This document shows positions 41,722 to 51,328 of a stretch of 64,000 nucleotides of DNA, piece by piece. This DNA comes from Nitrospinaceae bacterium (lineage in GTDB: Bacteria; Nitrospinota; Nitrospinia; Nitrospinales; Nitrospinaceae): the NCBI GenBank assembly GCA_965223665.1, contig OZ245011.1:1632001-1696000 (forward strand), in the 5' to 3' direction. The notes under the pieces were generated by a model. That model did no database searches, had not been told where the DNA came from, and saw only the letters and a program-made list of their open reading frames with translations. Position 1 is the first letter of the stretch. Every line of letters starts with the position of its first letter. The position numbers were made by a program, and so were the translations under genes.

Positions 41722-42077
41722 TTTTTACCTACGTTAGAGTAAATTCATATAACCCTGTTGGGTTTTAAAAAAAGACAATCAATCTATTTGAGTAGGTTCA
41801 GGCAAAAGGATATTTTCGTAAAGGCTGAATTAATGCATACAAAACGCATACAAAACGCCTGCGCACGAATATCCCTAAAAATGGTGTTTTTGGGACTGAG
41901 TGGTCCCATTTGGGGGTTCCTGTTTCGCTTTCCTGCCACTCTAACTTTCCTATTTTCAACAATTTTTAAAATAGTTTTTTTAATGAACTTTAGTTGGACA
42001 ATAATTTTTTTTTGAATACTGAGCTCAAAGTATTTTATGTCCAAATTTTTGGGAGGGGGTTTGCTTATACTTTAAAG

Positions 42078-42151
42078 GGGGTTGGTCAGGACGGCGGAAC
42101 GTCCTGACCAATTGTCAAGACCTTGTCCTTGAACCATTCCAAGAACAAAGA
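42078..42151 (-). ncRNA. Twin-hairpin structured RNA element downstream of the Cache-MCP gene (copy 2)
   Basis: Begins about 14 nt after the stop codon; homologous to 37802-37875 with covariation. Confidence 0.6.
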
Positions 42152-42164
42152 TAGAACTAAGATT

Positions 42165-45046
42165 TTAATTCCCTTTCGATACAACTTCTTGCAATTCGTT
42201 AGCCATTCTTGCCAACTCTTTAGATGCGTTTTGACTGTCCACCGCTCCTTGAGAAGTGTTTTCCGCAGCTTCGGCCACTCCTGCAATATTTTCTGTAATT
42301 TCAGAGGTACCCTTAGAAGCGTCGCTTACACTACGAATCATTTCGCTGGTGGTTGAGGATTGTTCCTCCACCGCACTGGCAATCGAATTAGAAATATCGT
42401 CAATTTCATTAATGAAATTACTGATTTCCCCAATTGCAGAAACCGCGCTCTGCGTATTTTCCTGAATCGATTCAATTTTCTTACTGATATCTTCCGTAGC
42501 TTGAGCGGTTTGATTGGCCAGGTCCTTTACTTCATTTGCAACCACAGCAAACCCTTTACCGGCTTCTCCTGCTCTCGCCGCCTCAATTGTGGCGTTTAGG
42601 GCCAGAAGATTGGTTTGTTCCGCAATAGATGTAATGACCTTAACAACCTCGCCAATTTCAGCGGAACTTTCATCCAATTTGCTGATAGTCTCATTAGTAT
42701 CTTTTGCCATTTTTACAGCATCATCTGTTATTTTTGCTGCTTTATTGGAACTTTTAGAAATTTCCTGGATACTTGCATTGATCTCTTCTGTTGCCGTGGC
42801 TACTAATTGAACGTTTTTATTCACTTCTTGCGATGCGCCGGAGACAACCTTTGCCTGAGCACTGGTTTCTTCAGCATTGCCGGCCATTTGTTGGCTGGTC
42901 GCTGTTAATTCTTCAGAGGCACTGGCTAAGGTTTCTGAGTTACTACGGATATGATCGATAATCTCTTGCATCTTTTCGGTATGCTTTTTTTCTATTTCTT
43001 TCATAGTTTCCATTTCAGTAATAACTTCCCAGGTTACCAATGGTCCTAAGTAGTCATTATTTGCATCAAAGAGTCCATTAACATTCAGCTCCAATATATC
43101 TTCCCCAACTTGAATTTTAGCTACATGCGGAAAGTTTGCAGGATTGGATAAAATCTTTTGTATCGCTTTCGGATTTTTATGGAAAATATCGATGGAGTTA
43201 CCAATCATATTTTCTACTTTGACGGGCATATGTTTTTCAATTTTTTTCAACGTTTGTTTAGACTTGGGATTCATATATTGAAGAATGAAATCCCTATCTG
43301 CGTACATCACATTGGTGGGTAATTGATTCATTAATGATTCAGTCCTTGCCGTTTCGGTTTTAGATATCCGCAGGTTTTTCACCATGGTGGCGAAAGAATT
43401 TCCCAAAGTTCCAGAACTGTTATCCATAAGGTTTTCGTTATTCAAATCATTATTGGCAATAATATGAGCTTGAGAAGAAAACCATTTCATTTTGTTTTTC
43501 ATCATTTCGAATGTGTCCCCCATTTCACCGCATATTCTTTCTGCAAGTAATGGGTCATCCAACTTATCGTGAGCAATAGTGTCTGCCTGGACAGCGGTTT
43601 TTCTCAATGCCATCGTCAACCCGTCCAGCGCGTTGGGAAGATCCCCTTTTGTGACCTGGTATTTTTCCTCCACATAATCGGAAGCTTTTTGAACATCCAT
43701 TCCGGACTCTAATCGTTTCTTGACTTTTTCAAGTCCGAGTTTGCCATCGGAAAGTTCATTGGCTTGTTCCACTAACAGTTTGAACGTTTTCAACATTTGA
43801 TTGTAGGCCACTCTAAGACGGCTGATTTCATCTTTCTGTCTAACCTGCAAGGAATGTTTGTTTAAAATATTACCCTTCGCCAAGTCCTCTATCTCCTGGG
43901 TGGTGTCGCTAATTCGTTTAGCCATAGTTTTTGCAATCCAATAACCAAAGGCCATAATTAGGACTGCGAAAATTCCCATAATTAAAATAAGATTATTTCG
44001 AATAGAAATAATGGGAGCATTGATGACTTTATCCGAAGTGCGGATTAAAACCGACCAATTCATTCCCGGAAACCCTAAAGCTCCCTTATGATGAGCATAA
44101 CCCCCAGCTTGTTCTATCTTTTTTCGTGCATGGACGGCATAAGAAAACCCTGTTTGTTTGTCTTTGACAGCGTTGACCGCAACATCAACTCCTTTTTCCA
44201 CTAAATTAAGATTCATCAAAACTTTGAAATCATGCATCACACTATTTGAATTACCTCTTCCCTGGGTAGGGTCATAATCTATGATGACTCTGCCTTTGTC
44301 ATCTAACAAAGTCATTTCGGTTTCCGCTAATCCTTTGCTTTGCAAAATTTGATAACTATCAACAAATATATCTTCCACTAACGAAAATTTTGCATAGTTA
44401 TTCCAAACTGCAATAATATTACCGTCTGAATCATATACCGGAGCGGCGAAGCCTACCGTAAGCCCATCATCCCCTTGGTATACTTTTTTACTGACTCATT
44501 TACATGCAATGGCGTGAGGCTGGTCCCTGTAAAGGATGAATTTCCACCCACATTTCCCTCTTGGCTGGTATAAAATTTTCCTTGAATTACATTCTGAAAC
44601 CATGAAGTGTCAGAAAAATTTTTTCTATAAAAGTCACGGGTGGAGATTGCGTTACCATCCTGGTCCTTGGAATTTATAGAGATGACATTTCCTTGAAGGT
44701 CTACCAGTAAAGTGAAGTAATAAATATCGTACGTATCAACATACTTGTTCATAACTTCTTCGATGGTACTACCGGGTTTATACCAATTTCCTCGATTTTG
44801 AACAGAAGTGTTCAAACCAAAAGCTTGAACGTCCCCATAGCGTTCAAAAAGGTTTCGGTCGATCTTGTCCGCAATATTGGTCGCAACATTTTGTAGATTT
44901 TCGGCATTAATATCTTTAATTTCCTGAAAAGAAATAATGTTAAAAATCATTACGAATATTAACGGAACCAAGCCCGTTAAAAGGAATAAAATTGTTTGTT
45001 TTCCTTTTAAACCCAGATCATTCCATAAACCCATAACCTTCCTCAC
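42165..45046 (-). CDS. Membrane MCP (TM - Cache-like - TM - HAMP - PAS - MCP signal), split by a -1 frameshift at 44483-44489 (possible pseudogene or assembly indel)
   Basis: ORF 44453..45046 holds TM1 and the start of the Cache domain; after GTA AAA AAG the -1 frame reads [36 protein letters not shown] directly into ORF 42165..44378. Confidence 0.85.
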
Positions 45047-45480
45047 TTTACTTTGGATGTTTAGTAATTTAATTTATCAATTATTCCTTTATTTTATATG
45101 CCTCTATTGGCGCTTAACCTTATTAGTGTCTTCGGAAAGTTCGACTAAGTAAACGTTAAAAATATACATATAAAACCCTTACACAATGCATGCAGGCGGT
45201 TCACCTAAAAACTGGTACCTTTTGGGCTAATTTTTCGAATTTCTATTCATGAAACCATTTTTTTGAACTCTAACTTTCAATTTTTCAATTTCTTTAAACC
45301 GTTTTTTTTAAAAAGCTCAGGAAAAAAAATAATTAGGATATAAAAATAAGTTCCTTATACTAATTAGGTAGTATGCATTTCTTCTGAAGTATGTTTTTTC
45401 AAACTGTCTTATTGTAAAGAGTGGGTCCGCTCCTGTTTTTTCAAAAACTCATACCATCCCACCTGTTGGTTTCGACTTAA

Positions 45481-48400
45481 ATGTCAGCTGAAAATAATTC
45501 ACAAAACAAAAAATTAAATTGGAAGGGAACTCCTTTCATTTCTTCCTTAGGGTGGATCGTCCTGGCACTGGATTTGATTGTGACTCTGGGGCTATGGTAT
45601 TTCGTCAATGAAAGCGTCATCGAAGACGCAGAAAAAAGATTTCATTTTCGCGGTCAGGAAATTGAAACTGCAATTCAAGAAAGACTCAAGGCTTATGAAC
45701 AGGTTTTGCGTGGAGGGGTCGGTTTATTTAATTCCACCAACCTCAAGGTCGACAGAAAAACCTTTAAAACTTATGTAGAAAATTTAAAAATTGAGGAACG
45801 TTACCGCGGAATTCAGGGAATCGGGTTTGCTCCTTATCTATCCAAAAATAACAAAGAATCACACATTCAAAAAATTCGTGAGGAAGGATTTTCAAATTAC
45901 ACGATCAGACCGGAAGGATCGCGAAAAAATTATGTGGTTATCACTTATTTAGAGCCCTTTTCCGGTAGAAACTTAAGAGCCTTTGGCTATGATATGTTTT
46001 CCCAACCTGTCCGGCAAAGAGCCATAGAAAGGGCAATCATTACCGGGCAACCTTCCATTACAGGAAAAGTGACTCTGGTTCAGGAAACTAATGTGGATGT
46101 TCAAAATGGTTTCCTGATGTATCTTCCTGTTTTTCAAAAGGGGTCGACTCCCAATTCCATTCAGGAACGCAGGAGTACTATCTATGGATTCGTTTATAGT
46201 CCGTTTCGTATTCTGGATTTTCTCGAAGGCGTTTTAGGTCAAAGAAAAATTCCTGATATCGCCTATGGCCTTTATGACGGTGAAGACATTCAAGAGAAGA
46301 CTCTTTTATATGCAAGTAACCCCAATCATAACAAATCGACTTCATTATTTAATCTCACCATACCTATCAGTTTTAACGGACATCAGTGGTCTTTGGTCTT
46401 AGGGTCATTAAAATCTTTTGAAGATACTTTGGAAAAAGAAAAGTCCAATGCCGTTCTCCTTGCCGGAATTGTTGTGAGCCTGATTTTTTTCTTCGTATTA
46501 TGGCTCACTCACCGGGCTCGCAATAATGCCATTAATCGAATGAAAAAAATTACAAAAGACCTGGAGGAAAATGAGCAGCGCCTGAACTATGCTCTGGAAA
46601 GTACTGAAGATGGGCTTTGGGATTGGAATATTCAGACCGGGGAAGTTTACTACAGTCCAAGGTGGATGACCATGCTTGGGTACAAGCCTTTTGAACTTGA
46701 GGGCAATTTAAGCACATGGAAAAAACTACTGCACCCGCAAGACCAGGAAAAAGTTTTGCTGGAGGTGGATAAACTTTTAAATGGAGAACTTCAACTCTAC
46801 ACAACTGAGCAGCGGCTTAAAACAAAATCCGGAGACTACAAATGGATTCTCGCTCGTGGAAAAATAATTTCTTATACTGCTAACGGAAAACCCTTAAGAG
46901 CCACAGGGCTGCATACCGACATCAGCGATAGAAAATTATTCGAAGAAGAAATTAAAACCCGTGAATCCCAATTGCAGGGTATTCTGGAACAACTTCAATT
47001 TTATATTGATCATGCTCCCGGTTTAATTTCCTATGTGGATTCTGATGAAGTTTTTCAATTTGTAAATCAAAGTTATTTGAACTGGTTTGAAATTTCAAAA
47101 GAGGAAATTGTTGGAAAGTCAGTGAAATCTGCTTTAGGTAAGTTTGCATATCAGCAAATCGAAACGCATTTAAAAGCGGCCTTATCAGGAGTTCCACAAA
47201 CTTTTGAAACAGAGGTCCCTTATAAAAAAGAGGGCACCCGATTTGTCAAAGCTTCTTATATTCCAAAATGCGACACGGAAGGCAAAGTATTAGGATTATT
47301 TGCCTTTGTTTTTGATTTAACTTCTCAGAAAAAAGTAGAAGATGAAATTCGGACCCGGGAGTCTCAGTTGCAGGGCATTCTGGATAACTCACCTGCCATC
47401 ATTTATATGAAGGATTTGTTCGGTCGATATTTAATGATCAACAAACGCTGCGAAGCCGCTTTGGATCTCAAAAATGAAGATGTGGTTGGAAAAACATCCC
47501 ATGAAATTTTACCCCAATCCGTGGCGGATCAGTTTACAGCCAATGACCGTAAAGTTTTTGAAACTCTTTCCCCCCTGGAAGTCGAGGAAACCATTCCACG
47601 GCCGGATGGAGAACGAATCTTTTTATCGGTTCAGTTTCCTCTTAAGAAAGCCAACGGAGAGCTTTACGGTATCTGTGGAATTTCCAAAGATATCACTGAA
47701 AGAAAAAATGCGGAAAAGTTACTCAAGGAATATAAAGAAAATCTTGAAAAAGAAGTGAGCCACAGAACCGAAGAGTTGCTGGAAGCGAATGAAAAACTTA
47801 AGGACGAAATTGAAAAACACAAACACACACATAAACGACTTCTCCAAATGGAAAAGTTATCTGCTCTCGGTAAACTGACAGGATCCATTGCGCATGAGTT
47901 CAACAATCCTATCTATGGCATTAAAGTGATTTTGGAGCAATTGAACGAAAACGTTCAACCCAAAGGTAATAATAAAAGAGGATTGGAATTGGCCATTCGG
48001 GAATGCGATCGTATAACCAGCCTCATTTCCCAGTTAAGAGATTTCTACAAACCCTCGTCGCACAAAATGGAGTGGTGCAATATTAACAATCTCGTCAAGG
48101 ATATGCTTTCCCTGATTCAAAAAAAGATCGACCAAAAACAAATTTATACAGAACTGCAATTAGCCCGGGACTTGCCGAAAGTTTTCGTCGTAGAGGACCA
48201 AATCAAGCAGGTTTTACTTAATATACTTCACAATGCAGAAGAATCTATTCCTGAATTTTCCTCTAGTAAAAAAATAATCATAAAAACCGAATTCGATGAC
48301 GTGGAAATCAAAATTCATATTCAGGATTTTGGAACCGGAATTTCTCAGGAAAACATCGATTCTCTATTCGATCCATTTTTCACCACCAAGTCTACCGCAA

Positions 48401-48558
48401 AAGGCACGGGACTGGGGTTGTCCGTCAGCCACGGAATTATTGAAGACCATGGAGGAACCATTCAGGTAAAAAGTTCTCCTGAAAAGGGTGCCACCTTTTC
48501 AATCATACTTCCCATAAAAAGTGAAAACTATGAGCCAGCACAAAGTTCTATTAGTTGA
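45481..48558 (+). CDS. Sensor histidine kinase: CHASE - 3x PAS - HisKA - HATPase
   Basis: CHASE GIQGIGF...YLEP...RN.RAFGYDM; PAS DGLWDWN; H-box SIAHEFNNP; N-box QVLLNILHNA; G-boxes DFGTGI and GTGLGL. Confidence 0.95.
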   Translation: MSAENNSQNKKLNWKGTPFISSLGWIVLALDLIVTLGLWYFVNESVIEDAEKRFHFRGQEIETAIQERLKAYEQVLRGGVGLFNSTNLKVDRKTFKTYVENLKIEERYRGIQGIGFAPYLSKNNKESHIQKIREEGFSNYTIRPEGSRKNYVVITYLEPFSGRNLRAFGYDMFSQPVRQRAIERAIITGQPSITGKVTLVQETNVDVQNGFLMYLPVFQKGSTPNSIQERRSTIYGFVYSPFRILDFLEGVLGQRKIPDIAYGLYDGEDIQEKTLLYASNPNHNKSTSLFNLTIPISFNGHQWSLVLGSLKSFEDTLEKEKSNAVLLAGIVVSLIFFFVLWLTHRARNNAINRMKKITKDLEENEQRLNYALESTEDGLWDWNIQTGEVYYSPRWMTMLGYKPFELEGNLSTWKKLLHPQDQEKVLLEVDKLLNGELQLYTTEQRLKTKSGDYKWILARGKIISYTANGKPLRATGLHTDISDRKLFEEEIKTRESQLQGILEQLQFYIDHAPGLISYVDSDEVFQFVNQSYLNWFEISKEEIVGKSVKSALGKFAYQQIETHLKAALSGVPQTFETEVPYKKEGTRFVKASYIPKCDTEGKVLGLFAFVFDLTSQKKVEDEIRTRESQLQGILDNSPAIIYMKDLFGRYLMINKRCEAALDLKNEDVVGKTSHEILPQSVADQFTANDRKVFETLSPLEVEETIPRPDGERIFLSVQFPLKKANGELYGICGISKDITERKNAEKLLKEYKENLEKEVSHRTEELLEANEKLKDEIEKHKHTHKRLLQMEKLSALGKLTGSIAHEFNNPIYGIKVILEQLNENVQPKGNNKRGLELAIRECDRITSLISQLRDFYKPSSHKMEWCNINNLVKDMLSLIQKKIDQKQIYTELQLARDLPKVFVVEDQIKQVLLNILHNAEESIPEFSSSKKIIIKTEFDDVEIKIHIQDFGTGISQENIDSLFDPFFTTKSTAKGTGLGLSVSHGIIEDHGGTIQVKSSPEKGATFSIILPIKSENYEPAQSSIS

Positions 48559-49459
48559 TGACGAGGAATCCATTCGATTCTCACTTTCCAATGATTTAGC
48601 ATCCGCAGGATACTCTGTTGTGACCGCGGAAAACGGTGAGGCCGCAAAGGATCAGTTAACCAACCATTCTTTTGACCTGGTCATTACGGATTTGATTATG
48701 GAAAAAGTGGATGGGATTCAGGTATTAAAATGGACACGCGAATTGCAGCCGGAGGCAATGATGATATTGCTCACCGGGTATAGTGGCTTGACCTCTGCAA
48801 TCGAGGCATTTCGATTAGGAATTTTTGATTACATTGAAAAACCCTGCGAACGGAAAACCTTTCTTAAAAAAGTTCAATTGGCGCTGGAGCAATTCGACCT
48901 TAAACAAAATTTAAAAAGGAAAACGAACGAACTGGAAATTTCTCATGAAAAGTTAAGGAAAGAAATCATAGAACGAAAGCATTATGAAAATTTGCTGCAT
49001 AAGGCCAATGACCAGTTAGAAGAACAGGTACAAAAACGAACTCATGATTTAAAAGTAAAGAATCTAGCGCTCAATGAAATTTTAAGTCAATTGGAAATTG
49101 AAAAAAAGCGGATTAAAAAAGCCGTGGAATCCAATATTGAAGTCAGCATTTTTCCCATAGTGCATAAACTTCGAGAGAATGGGGACAAAGATAATACTCA
49201 ACTCCTCAATTTGCTTGAAAAAAGTTTAAACGATATTAATAATGAGTTCGGACTGAACGTTTCCAATCCTCTGAACAAACTCACTCCAAGAGAAATAGAA
49301 ATTTGCGATATGGTCAAAGGTCACCTGAGCAACAAACAAATCGCCGATTTGCTGAAAGTCTCTCCGGGAACCATCGAAAGCCATCGCCTGAAGATCCGAA
49401 AAAAACTCGGCCTCGCTCAGAAAAAAATCAACCTCACCTCGTACTTAAAAAATTTGTAG
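48530..49459 (+). CDS. Response regulator: REC - coiled coil - LuxR HTH
   Basis: VLLVDDE, DLVITDL.M...DG, LTPREIEI...LSNKQIA..L..S..TIESHR..IRKKLG; overlaps the kinase stop. Confidence 0.93.
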   Translation: MSQHKVLLVDDEESIRFSLSNDLASAGYSVVTAENGEAAKDQLTNHSFDLVITDLIMEKVDGIQVLKWTRELQPEAMMILLTGYSGLTSAIEAFRLGIFDYIEKPCERKTFLKKVQLALEQFDLKQNLKRKTNELEISHEKLRKEIIERKHYENLLHKANDQLEEQVQKRTHDLKVKNLALNEILSQLEIEKKRIKKAVESNIEVSIFPIVHKLRENGDKDNTQLLNLLEKSLNDINNEFGLNVSNPLNKLTPREIEICDMVKGHLSNKQIADLLKVSPGTIESHRLKIRKKLGLAQKKINLTSYLKNL

Positions 49460-49769
49460 ACCGGAAAAAGCACTGCTTCCGCGACCCTCCTTAATTGTCC
49501 TTTTGGGAAAAAAACGTCAAATGGAAATTTTTTCCCTAAATTCCACATTTTTGTAAGTAATTCGCCAATACTCAGACTAATAATTGTGTATGTTTTTCTC
49601 ATGCTAGGAGGCCTTTGTATAAGACAACAGTATTTGGCGGTACTGGAATTTTTGAAAGGGTTACTAATGTAAAGTCCCCCAACTCCTGGACCTCTCCGGG
49701 AGCCGCTTTATGTTAAATTCATCAATTCTTCATTATGCAAAGGTCTCTTTAACCAGCCCCCGGCTGGAG

Positions 49770-50010
49770 GGAACATTGATTTACGATGACTGGCGAGGTT
49801 CGCCGAATCAAAGAAAATTTTCTAAGGTTCATTGAACTTTAGGAGAAGATAAAAAAACGAATTAGAATGTGCCCCCTCTTTTCCAACCTAGCGGTTGGAG
49901 GCAAATGGGATTTACAAGTGTCCGTGGAGAAAAAGTGTATAAACAACCCCACGAGGACAAAGATTGAGTGCAGCGTCACGCTGCAGGCTGGGGTGATTGA
50001 CCTATTGGGA
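49770..50010. repeat. Degenerate copy of the modular intergenic repeat
   Basis: AACATTGATTT..GATGA as at 9122; CCAACC-TAGC-GGTTGG as at 22912 and 27936; GCAGCGTCACGCTGC...GGGTGATTGACC as at 22999. Confidence 0.65.
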
Positions 50011-50075
50011 TTTTGAAAAATAAATTAACAAGATTTGTTTTCGGCCGCGGCCCAAAGGAAATGATAAGATAAGGC

Positions 50076-51209
50076 ATGACCTGGTTAGCAGCGATATTAA
50101 TATTCGGACTTTTTTTAGCCTGGGCGAACGGCGCCAATGATAATTTCAAGGGAGTCGCCACCTTATATGGAAGTAAAACGGCGACTTATAAAACCGCGTT
50201 GATCTGGACCACTGCCGCCACCCTCCTCGGTTCCTTGACCGCACTTTTTTTTGCACAAGAACTCATTATCGTGTTCAAAGGGAAGGGGCTTGTGCCGGAT
50301 AAGGTGATGGGGTTTAAGGAATTTCCTGTGGCGGTCGGGTTCGGAGCCGCGGTGACAGTCATGCTGGCCACGCGATTGGGCCTTCCGGTTTCTACCACGC
50401 ACGCGCTCATCGGGGCGCTGGCAGGTGCGGGGTGGATGGCTTCCTCCAGCGGCATCAACACCGACAAGTTATTAGAGAAATTTTTTCTGCCGCTCATCGG
50501 CGGTCCGTTCATTTCATTTTTGTTGGTCTTGCTGCTGTATCCGATTTTTAAAAAATTACGAAAACACTTTGGCGCAGAACCTAGCACCTGTCTCTGCGTC
50601 GGCGAAAAAGTTGTCGCCACTCAACCGGGAACTCTCGCTACAGTCGCCGAGTTTACCGACGCATCGCCCTTACCGGAAGTCACACTCTCCGATGAAGCTT
50701 ACTGCCGAACCTCTTACTCGGGCAACGTAATGGGAATTTCTCTGGGAAAATTGTTAGACGTGATGCATTACTTAAGCGCAGGCCTGGTTTCCTTTGCACG
50801 AGGTTTAAACGACACACCTAAAATCGCCGCACTGCTGTTACTGGGTTCGCGGTTCTCACTGGAACTGTCGATCTTTGTGGTAGGAATTTTTATGGCAGTG
50901 GGCGGATGGATCCATTCCAAGAACATTGCGGAGACGATGGGCAAAAAGGTTACGGAAATGAATCCCGGCCAGGCCTTTTGTGCCAACCTGGTGACCGGCA
51001 TCATGGTGTTCGGTGCCTCACGAATCGGCGTTCCCGTTTCAACCACTCACGTTTCCTGCGGATCGATCTTTGGCATTGGCGCCGCCACCAAACAGGCGCG
51101 TTGGAAAATGATCAGCCAGATCCTCGTGGCCTGGATCACCACCCTCCCATTGGGAATCGCCCTCGGCATGCTCTCCATGACCTTCCTCAATTCATATTTC
51201 TTTAATTAA
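50076..51209 (+). CDS. PiT-family inorganic phosphate/anion transporter
   Basis: PHO4 signatures ANGANDNFKG, GLPVSTTHA, FARGLND and GVPVSTTH. Confidence 0.93.
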   Translation: MTWLAAILIFGLFLAWANGANDNFKGVATLYGSKTATYKTALIWTTAATLLGSLTALFFAQELIIVFKGKGLVPDKVMGFKEFPVAVGFGAAVTVMLATRLGLPVSTTHALIGALAGAGWMASSSGINTDKLLEKFFLPLIGGPFISFLLVLLLYPIFKKLRKHFGAEPSTCLCVGEKVVATQPGTLATVAEFTDASPLPEVTLSDEAYCRTSYSGNVMGISLGKLLDVMHYLSAGLVSFARGLNDTPKIAALLLLGSRFSLELSIFVVGIFMAVGGWIHSKNIAETMGKKVTEMNPGQAFCANLVTGIMVFGASRIGVPVSTTHVSCGSIFGIGAATKQARWKMISQILVAWITTLPLGIALGMLSMTFLNSYFFN

Positions 51210-51211
51210 GG

Positions 51212-51256
51212 AAAAATCCCCCCAGCCCCCTTCATAATAAAGGGGGAGCACATGGG
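51212..51256. repeat. REP-like palindrome between convergent genes
   Basis: AAAATCCCCC-cag-CCCCCTT-CATAATA-AAGGGGG-AGCACAT, nearly identical to 27728-27765. Confidence 0.85.
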
Positions 51257-51328
51257 ATCCCTTTTAATATTTTTTTGTGTTTTGTTGAAACTTAAAGGAT
51301 ATGAAATTTTTTCTCTGGAAAATTCTTA

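Noticed and set aside
40000-45480. Sigma54 or sigma28 promoters for the chemotaxis genes (TTGGCAC near 40054; TCCGAAGA near 45130)
   Set aside because: The partner boxes or spacing do not match consensus, and the first is on the wrong strand.
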